A DNA stretch of 63,902 nucleotides, counting the filler, from Octopus bimaculoides (taxonomy: Eukaryota): the NCBI RefSeq assembly GCF_001194135.2. It is 6 parts of 6 records of this genome, joined end to end, with 100 filler letters (N's around TTAATTAATTAA, not from the genome) between each part and the next. Parts side by side here need not be neighbours in the genome. Positions count along the whole stretch, not along the records: positions 6,042 to 25,012 come from NC_068986.1; positions 25,113 to 29,712 come from NC_068984.1; positions 29,813 to 35,685 come from NC_068988.1; positions 35,786 to 53,365 come from NC_069005.1; 2 more parts are not named here. One strand, given 5' to 3'. Position 1 is the stretch's first letter; every line of letters starts with the position of its first letter. Both the position numbers and the translations under genes were made by a program. This document shows, piece after piece, positions 24,934 through 37,982 of the stretch. The notes under the pieces are model-generated. The model saw nothing but the letters and a program-made list of their open reading frames with translations. It was not told where the DNA came from and searched no databases.

Positions 24934-24994
24934 AATAGCCGATGAGAATGCATCATAGCTCTTAGCTCCGGCATTTGAAACTCAGAGTACTATT
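24934..24994 (+). ncRNA. Type-I hammerhead ribozyme motif, near-canonical
   Basis: AATAG-CCGATGA-GAATGC-(19 nt)-GCATTT-GAAAC-TCAGA-GTA-CTATT: stem I 5 bp, stem II 6 bp, stem III ACT/AGT, GUA cleavage triplet; deviations are U4>C and C11.1>U. Confidence 0.7.
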
Positions 24995-25112
24995 ATATAT
25001 ATATATATATATNNNNNNNNNNNNNNNNNNNNNNNNNNNNNNNNNNNNNNNNNNNNTTAATTAATTAANNNNNNNNNNNNNNNNNNNNNNNNNNNNNNNN
25101 NNNNNNNNNNNN

Positions 25113-25345
25113 AGTGGCATCTCCAGACCTCTTTCTTTGCAGCCTCATTTAGTGCAAGCGTACCATCATCTATGCGAACACATTTCTCTCCTACAACATC
25201 ACTATTCTCTCTCCTACACTGTCTTGCAACACGAAATACCTCGAGTCTTTGGTTCTCACGGTGCAGAACATTGGCAAATCTTTTCTTATCTGCTTCCCCT
25301 CTGGCTAAATAAACCTGTCGCCTAGCTTCCCTTCTGGCAGATTGG
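25113..25345 (-). mobile_element. RTE-type LINE fragment (linker between endonuclease and RT)
   Basis: YQSARREARRQVYLARGEADKKRFANV...VFRVARQCRRENSDVVGEKCVRIDDGTLALNEAAKKEVWRCH. Confidence 0.75.
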
Positions 25346-25882
25346 TACAATTCCCTGCTACCACCGTTCTTCCAGTCCTTCCAAGCCTGTTTCTTTTGTC
25401 TAATAGCCCCGTCTACCCGGGTAGTTTGCTAGAACAGGGTATTATTACCTTGCTTGGAAACAGGGGAGGTTATCTTCAGGAAGGGCATCATGCTGTAGAA
25501 AATTTACCTCAACAAATTTCATCAGACCTATGCAAGCATAGAAAAGTAGATATTAAAACAATGATGATGATGATATATTTGTTTTAACATTCATATTTTT
25601 CTCTGTGGTTGGACAGGGAATCACTCAAGGCCTGGCTTTACAGCCAGATGGACTTCCAATTCGATTAGACACTTCATTCATGCCATAAAGTGGATTAAAC
25701 CAAATCATCTATCTTTCTGTAGTTTTATGTTATAAAGTTTTATTCTATAAATATCGCTTTTGAAACCACTCTTTTCCAATGCATTATTGTAGTAGTGTGC
25801 ACTATGATTAAGTTCCCTTTTCGTTGATGATGACAAACTGTGATTTGTGCAATATTAACAAAAACAATTCCTCCTCTTACAG

Positions 25883-25979
25883 CGAAGTTGTTTACTATGA
25901 TGAATTTCTATCACTAACAGCTTGTCAAGTGTCCAAGCTTATTGCTAGTGATAGACTTACAGTTCCATCAGAGGAACAG
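25883..25979 (+). CDS. KLHL2: Kelch-like protein (kelch/KLHL2-KLHL3 ortholog), BACK-domain exon
   Basis: CTCTTACAG|C...CAG|GTAAGT; EVVYYDEFLSLTACQVSKLIASDRLTVPSEEQ vs KLHL2 DVVLSEEFLNLGIEQVCSLISSDKLTISSEEK; ends phase 0. Confidence 0.92.
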
Positions 25980-26745
25980 GTAAGTAACACTTACTGTCAT
26001 TGGTCTTCAACTATTTTCCTCCATTTCTTTTATCTTTTAGTGAATAACAAAGTGGAGAATGGTTTTTAGTGAAGAAGAATCTTTTATCTTTTTCTTCTTT
26101 CATCATTGGATTGCAGCCATGCTGGAGCACTGCCTGAAAATGTCTAGTCAAACAAATCATCCCCAGTCATCAGCATCATTATTTAATATCCATTTTCCAT
26201 GCTGGCATGGGTTGGACAGTTTGACCAGAACTGGCAAGATGGAGAGCTGTACCAGGTTCCTGTCTGATTGGACTTGCCTTCAATGGCTGATTGCCATTCT
26301 TAATGCCAACCACTTCACAAGAGTGGACTGGGTGCTTTTTATGTGGCACCACTTCCTTTTTTTTTTTCTAAAGCCTGGTACTTATTCCATTGGTCTCTTT
26401 TGCCGGACTGCTAAGTTATGGGAACATAAACACACCAACACTGGTTGTCAGAGTGTGTTGGTGGTGGTGGGGAAGGGGGAGACACACACACACACTTGCA
26501 TTATCCATCTACCAAAATAACTAAGAAGACATTAATTCAGCCCAGGGCTATAGTAGAAGACACACAGTAGGACTGAACCCTAAACCATGTGATTGGGAAG
26601 CAAGCTTCTTATTATTCACAGCCATGTGAATATGAAATAATTAAGTGAAATATTTGTGATGATTTTGAACTCCAAAGTTAATTGTTTAAATTTCTTTGAT
26701 AAAAAGAGAAAGAATTCTGGCAATATTTTTGTTGTTTGTCCACAG

Positions 26746-27012
26746 GTGTTTGAGGCTGTCCTGTCTTGGATCGAACATGATACAGAAAATCGACAACTTA
26801 GCATTGCTGAACTGATGGAACACGTTCGTTTACCATTGATGTCTCAAGAGTTTCTCGTGCAGCGAGTTGAATGCGAACCTATGATTAAATCCAACACACA
26901 ATGTAAAGATCTTTTAATTGAAGCCATGAAGTACCACCTCCTCAAAGCAGAACAGAAAGCACTTTTTAAGACACCAAGGACTTTACCAAGAACTCCAATT
27001 GGATTGCCAAAG
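26746..27012 (+). CDS. KLHL2: Kelch-like protein (KLHL2/3-like), BACK-domain C-terminal exon
   Basis: TGTCCACAG|GTG...AAG|GTACCA; 89 codons VFEAVLSWIEHD...LMEHVRLPLMSQEFLVQRVE...CKDLLIEAMKYHLL...RTPIGLPK; phase 0-0. Confidence 0.95.
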
Positions 27013-27304
27013 GTACCACTTGAATTCTTACCTTTTTTCTTGCATAATAATAAATCTGAATGTTTGGTGGCAGTGGTGACATCATCATCATCATTGTTGC
27101 CGCTGTTGAAGATCCACTAATCCATTCTTGCATAAGTCAGGCAGAATTTGTTGCAGCAGATTTTCTGCAGCCAAACACTCTCCTTGTCACCATCCTTCAC
27201 CGGTTTCCAAGCAAGACAATACTTTCACCATGGCTTTTTGCACGAAAGACTAGAAACATAGAACTCCTTCTTGTGTGATGACATCATTTACATTTGTCAC
27301 ATGA

Positions 27305-27460
27305 TATCACGACAAGGGCTCACACACACACACACAACAAGCTTCCTTCAGTTTCTGTCTACCAGTTCCACTCACAAGGCTTTGGTTGATCCAGGGCTGT
27401 TGCAGGAGACACTCCCCCAAGGGACTTGAAAGCACAGACTGGAATCTAAGCAGAAACCAG
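27305..27460 (-). mobile_element. CORE-like SINE in kelch intron
   Basis: CTTCCTTCAGTTTCTGTCTACCAGTTCCACTCACAAGGCTTTGGTTGATCCAGGGCT. Confidence 0.7.
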
Positions 27461-28374
27461 TTCTTCCATAGATTGTAGTGAGATGTTGTGGCTTGAATGC
27501 TGGATATCTGATTCCAGTGTGATGAGCAACAGCTATAACAAGTTTTAAAACTCTCAACCATTCTAATAGTTAATAATTGTCGTTGATGGTGAAGTAATGT
27601 TAGCGTGGATTGACTGGCGCTGTAGATGTAGGCAAGGGAAAAATCTAGAGGATTTCTTTGTGAAGTTCAGTGAGTCTTCGTCTTAGCAATATATTCTTAC
27701 CATCAGTTTTGGTGTCTTAATTACATTGTCTAATCACAACAAAAATACTATGTTCGTTACTCTCAAATGAATGTGACCTGGTAGTATTTCTTATGCTTTT
27801 ACTAATTGTTTTTGGTAGCGATATAGTTACTAGTAGACTTAGGTACATTCCTAGATGAATTCTGTAACCATTTAAGACTTCTTCCAAGAAGCTATTTTAT
27901 CGTATTCTGGTCTTTATTTAAAATCATTTCAACTACTTCTTCCTCCAAATTAAACCTATGTGAAAAAAAAAAAGAGAAAACAGATGACTATGAAATAACT
28001 TTTCGATGATTGTTCCTGTAACCGTTTCACTGCCATATTTCTGTTGAAATGCACTGCCTTCATCTCACTTAATTTGGAAAATATTGAAGAATTTAGTGAA
28101 TTAACTTTTATCATTATTAAGCTGGTGTTAACACTGTGACAAATCTTAGAATATCTCTTTAAGTTATGACCAGTCTTTTTTCTCTCAGACTTCAAAACAT
28201 CAAACGCTACAAATTATCAAAATCTGACCAATATTTTTGGATTGTTTAAATTTTACTTTTTTGTTTTTCTCTTTTTCTCATAAAATTCCTTTGTGAAACT
28301 CAAGTGATTGCTTGTTTGTTTGTTTGTTTGTCATCTCTGATTCCACTGCATCTTACTTAATTGGTTTGTTTCAG

Positions 28375-28492
28375 GTGTTACTGGTTCTTGGAGGACAGGC
28401 ACCAAAAGCAATAAAAAGTGTAGAATGTTATGATTTTAAAGAAGAACGTTGGTATCAGTTGGCCGAGATGCCTATCCGTCGGTGTCGTTGTG
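28375..28492 (+). CDS. KLHL2: Kelch-like protein (KLHL2/3-like), first kelch-repeat exon
   Basis: TTGTTTCAG|GTG...TGTG|GTAAAA; VLLVLGGQAPKAIKSVECYDFKEERWYQLAEMPIRRCRC(G), nearly identical to KLHL2 VVGGQAPKAIRSVECYDFKEERWHQVAELPSRRCRAG. Confidence 0.95.
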
Positions 28493-28893
28493 GTAAAAAA
28501 AAAACTTTTTATTATTTTGTTTTAATGTATTTTATCCTTTTATTTCCTCCTCCCTCACAAGTATTGCTTTGCTTTTCTATTCACGTAATTATCCGACAAC
28601 CTTTACATTTTAGTGGTGGCTTTCCACTCTGTACAGCAGCTCAACACTAAATACAACATGATTGAGTTAAGGATTGTCTGTGTGTCAAATTACTTTTACA
28701 CCTGATTAATTTAATACAGGTGTTGGGGTATCCAGTGTCTTTGGCAACTTAACTTAGCTACTTTGGACATGTCATCTAAGAACAATTACAGGAATAAACA
28801 TGTAGGATTGTTGAGAGCAGAGAAACATTTGTGAAAAATAAGAGAGGGAGGGAAGTGGTTGGAGGATATTTCCACAATCCTTCTGAAATGGTA

Positions 28894-28924
<31 letters not shown>

Positions 28925-29832
28925 GCTCTTTTATTCTTTTACTTGTTTCAGTCATTTGGCTGCAGCCATGCTGGAGCACTGCCTTTAGTTGAACAAATTT
29001 CCTGACTCCCCCCTAGTTGTCAGAAAACAGCTTCAGGAGTTGTGAAGAACGAATTTGTTCGTAGTCTGTTTCTGAGAGCTAATCTATTGGACCTCTGTCT
29101 AATCATTAAAAGATTGATTTAATTATGAACATAGAAAAAATTATACATTAATTCCTATTTTTGTAAGCAGTTGTATCCGTAAAAATTTTATTTGCAGAGA
29201 GCAGAAATTGAAAGAAGATATATGAAATGGACGTGTGTGTGTGCGTGTGTATGTGAGAGAGAAAGAGAGATAGAGTGAGTGAGTGAAGATGTGTGTCATG
29301 ATGATTGACATCTTTTAAGGTACACACACATACATAGAAAATGTGAATTCATTGTATAACATTTTTACGATAGTTGATTATGTTAAATTTTTGAAATGCA
29401 AATATGTGAATGAAAATTAAGTTCAGACCTCTACATGGTAGCTAGACCTGGTAGAAATAGCAGCCAAATCTCCCTCAAAACACCCTACTGTCTTAATCCA
29501 ACAATTCTGCCTGTTATGTAGTTTGAATGAGAAACTGTAACTAAAGATTCAGATTATTAACCCCACAAAGAGGTGAAAGAAGAGAGACAGCATAGCGAAA
29601 GTCTTGGCCAACTGTCATCCTGTACTCCCCTTGTTGATAGCGAAGTGGTATATGCTGGCTGTGTGAGCAACTGGTTGTTTTAATGGCGGAACAAACAAAG
29701 GAATTCCATTAGNNNNNNNNNNNNNNNNNNNNNNNNNNNNNNNNNNNNNNNNNNNNTTAATTAATTAANNNNNNNNNNNNNNNNNNNNNNNNNNNNNNNN
29801 NNNNNNNNNNNNACTACTACTACTACTACTAT

Positions 29833-29872
<40 letters not shown>

Positions 29873-30294
29873 GGTGATAATAATAATATTAAAGACTATG
29901 TAACGTGTCTTCTCCAAATTCAACCCAGAAGACATTTTTAAAGTTTATCATGGAATTATTTACTGCCGTTGTTATCTCAAATTCAATGATGGAACTTGGC
30001 TTCTTTGAGAGAGACCAGTTCCTTCTTTTATACGAAGAATTCAAAGAATTTAAAATGAAAGCGACACATATAGCTACATACATACATGCATATATATATA
30101 TGTATGTACGTACGTACGTACGTTTGTTTGTATGTTTGTATGTATGTATGTATGTGTGTATGTATGTATGTTTGTATGTATATGTACTTATGTACATATA
30201 TATACATGCATATATGCACATATACACATGCATATATACATATATGCACATATAGACATATCTACATACATACATAATACATACAAGCATAAAT

Positions 30295-30326
<32 letters not shown>

Positions 30327-30480
30327 GTATATATACATATATATATAAGCATATATATGTGTATATATTTTCGTATATATATCCATATATATGTATATAT
30401 GTATATATATATATATATGGTATTATATGAATATAATATATCAAAATAATATGAAAGTGACATTATATGTATATATACGT

Positions 30481-30515
<35 letters not shown>

Positions 30516-30627
30516 NNNNNNNNNNNNNNNNNNNNNNNNNNNNNNNNNNNNNNNNNNNNNNNNNNNNNNNNNNNNNNNNNNNNNNNNNNNNNNNNNNNNN
30601 NNNNNNNNNNNNNNNCACATACACACA

Positions 30628-30665
<38 letters not shown>

Positions 30666-31244
30666 ATTATATAGTGAGTGTGTGAGTGAGTGAGTGAAAG
30701 AGACAGGCGCAACTATATATCTTTGACATAATCAAATTCACTTCCAACTGACAAAAGTTTCCATAACCCAAACTACTTATACTTCGAAATGCTTCCAATT
30801 CTTTAACAGTCCCAAATCTAATAAAACCCAACCAAAAATGACGTATTCTTCCTCATACGCACGAATCTATATTTTGGTTTCTTTCTTTCTCTGGGCGTTT
30901 TGGAACTTTTTCCCTTCTATTTCTTGTTCTTGTATGGGTTTTTTTCTTCCCGATTCTTCCCCATACGACATATTTTTTGCTTCAGGCAAGCTTCGTACAT
31001 GACTTTGCTCTAAATCCTCCATTTTCCTAGTCTTTTCGTTATTTTTTCTTTTCCTCTAACGTCCCTTGTCATGACTCAAAGTCTTTTAAGTTGGATCTGC
31101 GATGAACGTCTCTACACCACGCCACATGAAACAAGCATAATATCGGCGCTTAGTACAATGGTGCCACAATATTGTTCCTCTCGAGGCACGTTATGGATAA
31201 AGCGGCATCTAATAGCGTCTCTTTTCTTTTCTTTTAAATGTTTT

Positions 31245-31717
31245 CGTTATCAGACTGCGGTCATGCTGGGGCACCGCCTTGAAATATTTTTAGTCGAATG
31301 AATCGACCCAAATACATATTTTCTGTTTGAGCCTTGTACTTATTGTATCAAATTCTTTTGCCGAACCGCTAAGTTACAGGAACGTAAGCAAACCAATATT
31401 AGTTGTCAGGCAGTAGTGGGGGTCAAACACAGATAAAAAGAAACACACACACACGTGCGCACGCACACGCACACGCACACACGCACTCACACACACACAC
31501 ACACACACACATTTAGAAACCTGTCGTGTGTGTGTGGTTGTTTCTGTATTTGTTCCCACTACCGATTGACAACCGGTGTTGGTATGTTTACGTTACCGTA
31601 AGCTAGTTCGGGCAAAAATACTAATAGAATAAGCACCATGTGTAAAAAATAAGAAGTGGGGTTGATTCGTTCGACTAAAATTCTTCAAGGTGGTGCCCCA
31701 GCATAGCCGCGGTCTAA

Positions 31718-31720
<3 letters not shown>
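31245..31720. mobile_element. Two unit-A SINEs in inverted orientation around a (CA)n tract
   Basis: Reverse copy at 31245-31430 and forward copy at 31540-31720; approximately mutually complementary by eye. Confidence 0.7.
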
Positions 31721-31763
<43 letters not shown>

Positions 31764-32561
31764 CTNNNNNNNNNNNNNNNNNNNNNNNNNNNNNNNNNNN
31801 NNNNNNNNNNNNNNNNNNNNNNNNNNNNNNNNNNNNNNNNNNNNNNNNNNNNNNNNNNNNNNNNNNNNNNNNNNNNNNNNNNNNNNNNNNNNNNNNNNNN
31901 NNNNNNNNNNNNNNNNNNNNNNNNNNNNNNNNNNNNNNNNNNNNNNNNNNNNNNNNNNNNNNNNNNNNNNNNNNNNNNNNNNNNNNNNNNNNNNNNNNNN
32001 NNNNNNNNNNNNNNNNNNNNNNNNNNNNNNNNNNNNNNNNNNNNNNNNNNNNNNNNNNNNNNNNNNNNNNNNNNNNNNNNNNNNNNNNNNNNNNNNNNNN
32101 NNNNNNNNNNNNNNNNNNNNNNNNNNNNNNNNNNNNNNNNNNNNNNNNNNNNNNNNNNNNNNNNNNNNNNNNNNNNNNNNNNNNNNNNNNNNNNNNNNNN
32201 NNNNNNNNNNNNNNNNNNNNNNNNNNNNNNNNNNNNNNNNNNNNNNNNNNNNNNNNNNNNNNNNNNNNNNNNNNNNNNNNNNNNNNNNNNNNNNNNNNNN
32301 NNNNNNNNNNNNNNNNNNNNNNNNNNNNNNNNNNNNNNNNNNNNNNNNNNNNNNNNNNNNNNNNNNNNNNNNNNNNNNNNNNNNNNNNNNNNNNNNNNNN
32401 NNNNNNNNNNNNNNNNNNNNNNNNNNNNNNNNNNNNNNNNNNNNNNNNNNNNNNNNNNNNNNNNNNNNNNNNNNNNNNNNNNNNNNNNNNNNNNNNNNNN
32501 NNNNNNNNNNNNNNNNNNNNNNNNNNNNNNNNNNNNNNNNNNNNNNNNNNNNNNNNNNNNN

Positions 32562-32611
<50 letters not shown>

Positions 32612-33186
32612 TGAAAAAGTTAAAAGGATCGCTAGCGTGTATATTGCATGATGGTACACAAACAATTTTTAGGAGATACGGTGAGATAAAAAACAAACCC
32701 GACTTCTGAGGAGACTAGGAGTAAATTCGAACTCAAAGTAGGTGAAAATCTTACAATCAGAAACGTTATTAAAAATCATTATTGCAGCATCATTCGTTAT
32801 TTTACTGTACAAACTGAACATGCACGTAGAGTTACTAAAATCAGCACCAAATTCCTCGTGATACGGGTATCGCAATAGTTACATCACCAGTAGTTTCACT
32901 GTCGGGAAATTATATTGTCAGAAGGATTTACGTCGTGAGCCAATATATAATTGATAGCTTCATCATGTTAAATACTTCATCGTTTTGCTTTTTATCCGCA
33001 GAATAAATACATCGCCGAACATTATTGAAAGTCTTTTATTCACAATGTAAATACATCTAATTTTATTAACAATGAGAAAAAAATATTTTAAGACAAAAAT
33101 TTATTAATACTATACTAACTTGGAATATACATGAAAAATAAAAATAAATGAAAGAAAAGACTGTCTGAGGTCCTTGTTACGACTTG

Positions 33187-33242
33187 ACATCATCATCATC
33201 ATCATCATCATCACCACCACCACCACCACCACCACCACCACC

Positions 33243-33303
<61 letters not shown>

Positions 33304-33531
33304 NNNNNNNNNNNNNNNNNNNNNNNNNNNNNNNNNNNNNNNNNNNNNNNNNNNNNNNNNNNNNNNNNNNNNNNNNNNNNNNNNNNNNNNNNNNNNNNNN
33401 NNNNNNNNNNNNNNNNNNNNNNNNNNNNNNNNNNNNNNNNNNNNNNNNNNNNNNNNNNNNNNNNNNNNNNNNNNNNNNNNNNNNNNNNNNNNNNNNNNNN
33501 NNNNNNNNNNNNNNNNCACCACCACCACAAC

Positions 33532-33575
<44 letters not shown>

Positions 33576-33611
33576 CCATCATCATCTCTTTCCGACTATG
33601 ACCGTCATCGC

Positions 33612-33673
<62 letters not shown>

Positions 33674-33675
33674 CA
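33187..33675. repeat. Compound trinucleotide microsatellite (CAT)n/(CAC)n/(AAT)n/(GAT)n
   Basis: Direct reading; spans an N gap. Similar tracts at 36360-36660, 37028-37075, 29813-29870 and 50989-51063. Confidence 0.95.
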
Positions 33676-34473
33676 ACTTTTTAGCTGAAGGCTTGCAATT
33701 ACAGACTAAGGGGTAAGGTGATTTTATCGACCCCAGTACTCAACTGGCACTTATCGATCCGAAAGGATAATTGTCATCATCACCACCACCACCACTACCC
33801 TTAGTAACATCAACCTTCTCCCCCTCCTCCTGCTGCTTCTCATCATCCTCTTCATCATCGTCATCGTTATCATCTTTGTCATCATCATCATCACGGTCGT
33901 CATCATCTCCGACACCGTCACAGCCTTTCCAGTAAGATATCTCTCTACCTGGGCGTACAGCAATGCCACAATCTGCAGCCAGTGTTGTTTAGAAGAATTC
34001 AAACACAAAAAAGGTGGAAGTGACAAGAGTTAAAACAACATCAACAACAAAAACAAAAGAAACGTGTTTCGTCGTCGAAAATAACGAATGGCATGAGAAA
34101 TAATAAAATAAAATAAAATAGAAATAAAATAAATAAATAAATGGAAACTGTGTCATAATAACAAAAGAAAACTGTAGAAGAGATGACACAATGCCAGGAC
34201 GAATATTATCACCGCCACCACAGACCGCCACCGTCACCTTCATCATCATCATTATCATCATCAACACCACCATCATAAATGGTGTCGTCGTCGTCGTCGT
34301 CGTCGCCACCACCAGTGGTACTGTCACTGTGTAAGCCAACGACAGCAGACTTGTCAACATGTATTCATTTGTCAGAGAGAGGAAATTGTTCTCTTGTTCA
34401 ATTTCTGTGTTCCAGACATCGTACAGACGACATGAGATTCATAAATAGTACAGGAGACTCAGAGACACACAAT

Positions 34474-34650
<177 letters not shown>

Positions 34651-34668
34651 AGAAACACACAGACATAA

Positions 34669-34711
<43 letters not shown>

Positions 34712-34897
34712 TGATGCTGAGATACAGTTGCAGTGGCACAAACTCACAAACATATATAGACATAGAAACACATACGGAGACACACGAATACAGACACACA
34801 GACAAGTGCAGACTTGTGTGTGCTTGTCTATATGTGTGTGTACGTGAGTACACACACACACACACACACATATATATCTAAAAGCACACACACATTA

Positions 34898-34939
<42 letters not shown>

Positions 34940-35102
34940 GCATTCCAAACACAGACAATAAATAGATAATTAAAAAATACGCACACATACACACACATAT
35001 ATATACACAAACTTAGAGCTACGTATGAACACGTACACATATACACACATATAGGCATATGTTTTCGCATAACCAATAGACAAAACGTACACACAGACAT
35101 AA

Positions 35103-35136
<34 letters not shown>

Positions 35137-35419
35137 CGTGTGTGTATACATTTTGTGAAACCATTGCCATGTTTATGTGATTTTAATAGCACTCAGGACT
35201 GTTCTGTTCGAAGACACTCCAGCCGTGACCCTTCCACCTTCATTTTAGACATTACGTATCTTTATTTCAGTCGTAATGTTCTTCCGAATGTAAAGGAGAT
35301 TTGACTGTTATTTTTAACAGGTTGCACTACGAAGTTCTCCTGCTTCATCGAGTGAAAAAAAAAAATAATAAAACGAACGAAAAAAAAAAAGCAATAAATG
35401 CGATGAAATATTCTTTTCT

Positions 35420-35548
35420 AATCTTGGCACAAGGCCCGCAATTTTGGGGGAGGGGACCAGTCGATTAAATCGACCCAGTACGCAACTGGTACTTAATTTA
35501 TCGACCTCGAAAGGATGAAAGGCAAAGTCGACCTCGGCGGAATTTGAA
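35420..35548 (-). mobile_element. SINE family C, young-looking fragment
   Basis: CAACTGGTACTTAATTTATCGACCTCGAAAGGATGAAAGGCAAAGTCGACCTCGGCGGAATTTGAA. Confidence 0.8.
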
Positions 35549-36352
35549 AAATACGATAAAATAGCTTTATAAAGACGCCATTATCACCTGTTTGACTTTG
35601 TTAGCGCGGTACCAATGGCCGTGTATAATATTGGTTTAAAATTTTGGCACAATGTTAGCAGTTTCGGAGGTGTGGTGAAGTCGGTNNNNNNNNNNNNNNN
35701 NNNNNNNNNNNNNNNNNNNNNNNNNNNNNTTAATTAATTAANNNNNNNNNNNNNNNNNNNNNNNNNNNNNNNNNNNNNNNNNNNNATATATATATATATA
35801 TATACACACTTAGAAATGTATATATGTATGTATATATGCACATACATCCGGTTGTACATACAAATATATGTATATATGAACACAGAAACAGACATACAAT
35901 CTTATATAGATACATGAACAGACACACATACATACACACACATATACAAACATGCCTATACACATGCATCCGTATATACATACAAACAAACCATACATAT
36001 ATATATATACTTACAAATATTCACTTATGTATACGTACGCATCGTTGAAGAATTCTGTCTTTTCTACCAAGATGTCTTTTGAGTGTCCAAATTGGTATCT
36101 TTCGCTTCTATGTTATTAAATCATTTACCGTTTCTATGAAACTTAATTGGCTCGGCATACCTAAAAGACATAACGAATAACATGACAAGCACTCTTTGGC
36201 AGGATCATAACATTAGTTTTCCGTTTTTTTTTTTTTACCCTATTAATTATTTTTGTCTTTTCAAAATTGAATGCCTTCGTTTTCTGCTACAGTGCCTTTT
36301 TAAAATAGTCTGTGTGAATTTCCAAATTTATTCTTATTTATTTATGTTTATT

Positions 36353-36387
<35 letters not shown>

Positions 36388-36477
36388 CATTATTATTGTT
36401 ATTGTTGTTATTGTTATCGTTATTCTTCTTATTATTTGTTAAAGAGGTAAACTAATAATAATTGTAATAAAGATTGC

Positions 36478-36509
<32 letters not shown>

Positions 36510-36515
36510 TGATGG

Positions 36516-36564
<49 letters not shown>

Positions 36565-36595
36565 CGATGACGATGATGATGATGATGATGATGAT

Positions 36596-36650
<55 letters not shown>

Positions 36651-36689
36651 GCAGCAGTAGTAGTAGTACATAAAGGAAGTGGTATCATA

Positions 36690-36975
36690 TATAAAGGAGC
36701 CCCTTTTGAGATGAATGACCATGGGATTGCACCTAGAATGTTACCCTCTGAGGTACAAATCCAAGCAAGGTTGTTTATGTTACCCAAGGGCAAGGCAAAG
36801 GCCAATACAGCTTGGCACCAGTGACGTCACAACTCATTTCTACAGCTGAGTGAACTGGAGCAACGTGAAATAAAGTTTCTTGCTCAAGAACTCAGCACAC
36901 AACCTGATTGAGGAATCGAACTCACTAGCACGTGATTGTGAGTCCGGCGCTCTAACCACTGAGCCATGATCCTTT
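36690..36975 (-). mobile_element. SINE family B, near full length
   Basis: Reverse strand starts GATCATGGCTCAGTGGTTAGAGCG (A box) and GAGTTCGATTCC (B box). Confidence 0.8.
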
Positions 36976-37027
36976 ACAATTGTGATGATAATAGAGGTGA
37001 TGTCGACGACGTTGATATTGCAGCAGC

Positions 37028-37077
<50 letters not shown>

Positions 37078-37777
37078 GTGGTGGATGATGTGAGGAAGAG
37101 GAGGAAGAGGAAAAGGAGAAAGGAAAATGGCGACGACGATGATGACGATGATGCTACTGGTTATCCTGACTTTGCAAGGGGAGTGCAACTGCAAATTATA
37201 AATAATAACGGTAATAACAACAAGAACAGCAACAAAATCCATGATAATAATTCTTGCTGCTACAGGCATAATGCTTGAAATTTAGTGGGCCTCATCTGTC
37301 AAGGACATTCGCTGTTTATCTTGATATGAAATCATCATGTTGCGCGCATATGGTCGTGATGCATATGCCTGGTGTACCCTTATCAGACGGGTAGTCATGA
37401 TGGTTAAACCACGCTTCGTATATTTGTATACCACTGTTACACTTCGACCGCATCTTCGATAGAGTTGAACGTTGTCCAGCAGGCCCTTATTCTCCGCATG
37501 TTCTCCATTTCCATCTCAGCGCTACGTGGATGAGGAGGTCACAATCCAGAGAGGAAGAACGAACGGCGTGGTGTGACGATCGACCTCGAAACGATGCCCG
37601 ACAGTCTGGTCGTTGAGAGTGATCAAGGTATGAACGTTTTTTTGATGTCCTGTATCCATATATGCATGTATATATGCATATATATGTAGGTATGTACATA
37701 TATGTATGGATATATGCATATATTTATATATTATTTATATATTATATATATATATAAATACGCCCTTTTAAAGTTTA

Positions 37778-37982
37778 ACCAGGCTCATGGGCTCAGTTTC
37801 CCGGTTTCAATGGCGTATGAGTGCCCCGGCTGGACGGGACGCCAGCGGTACTCAATTTCGCCAGCTGAGTGGACTGGAGCAACGTGAAATGAAGTGTTTT
37901 GCTCAAGAACACAACACGTCGCCCGGTCCAGGAATCGAAACCACAATCTTACGATCATGGGGCTGACACGCTAACCACTAAT
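37778..37982 (-). mobile_element. SINE family B variant with a different 3' module
   Basis: CCAGCTGAGTGGACTGGAGCAACGTGAAATGAAGTG...GGAATCGAAACC. Confidence 0.75.

Noticed and set aside
29889-30060. Non-repetitive parts of the 165-aa and 116-aa ORFs
   Set aside because: Open on both strands between microsatellites with no motif; cannot be assigned.
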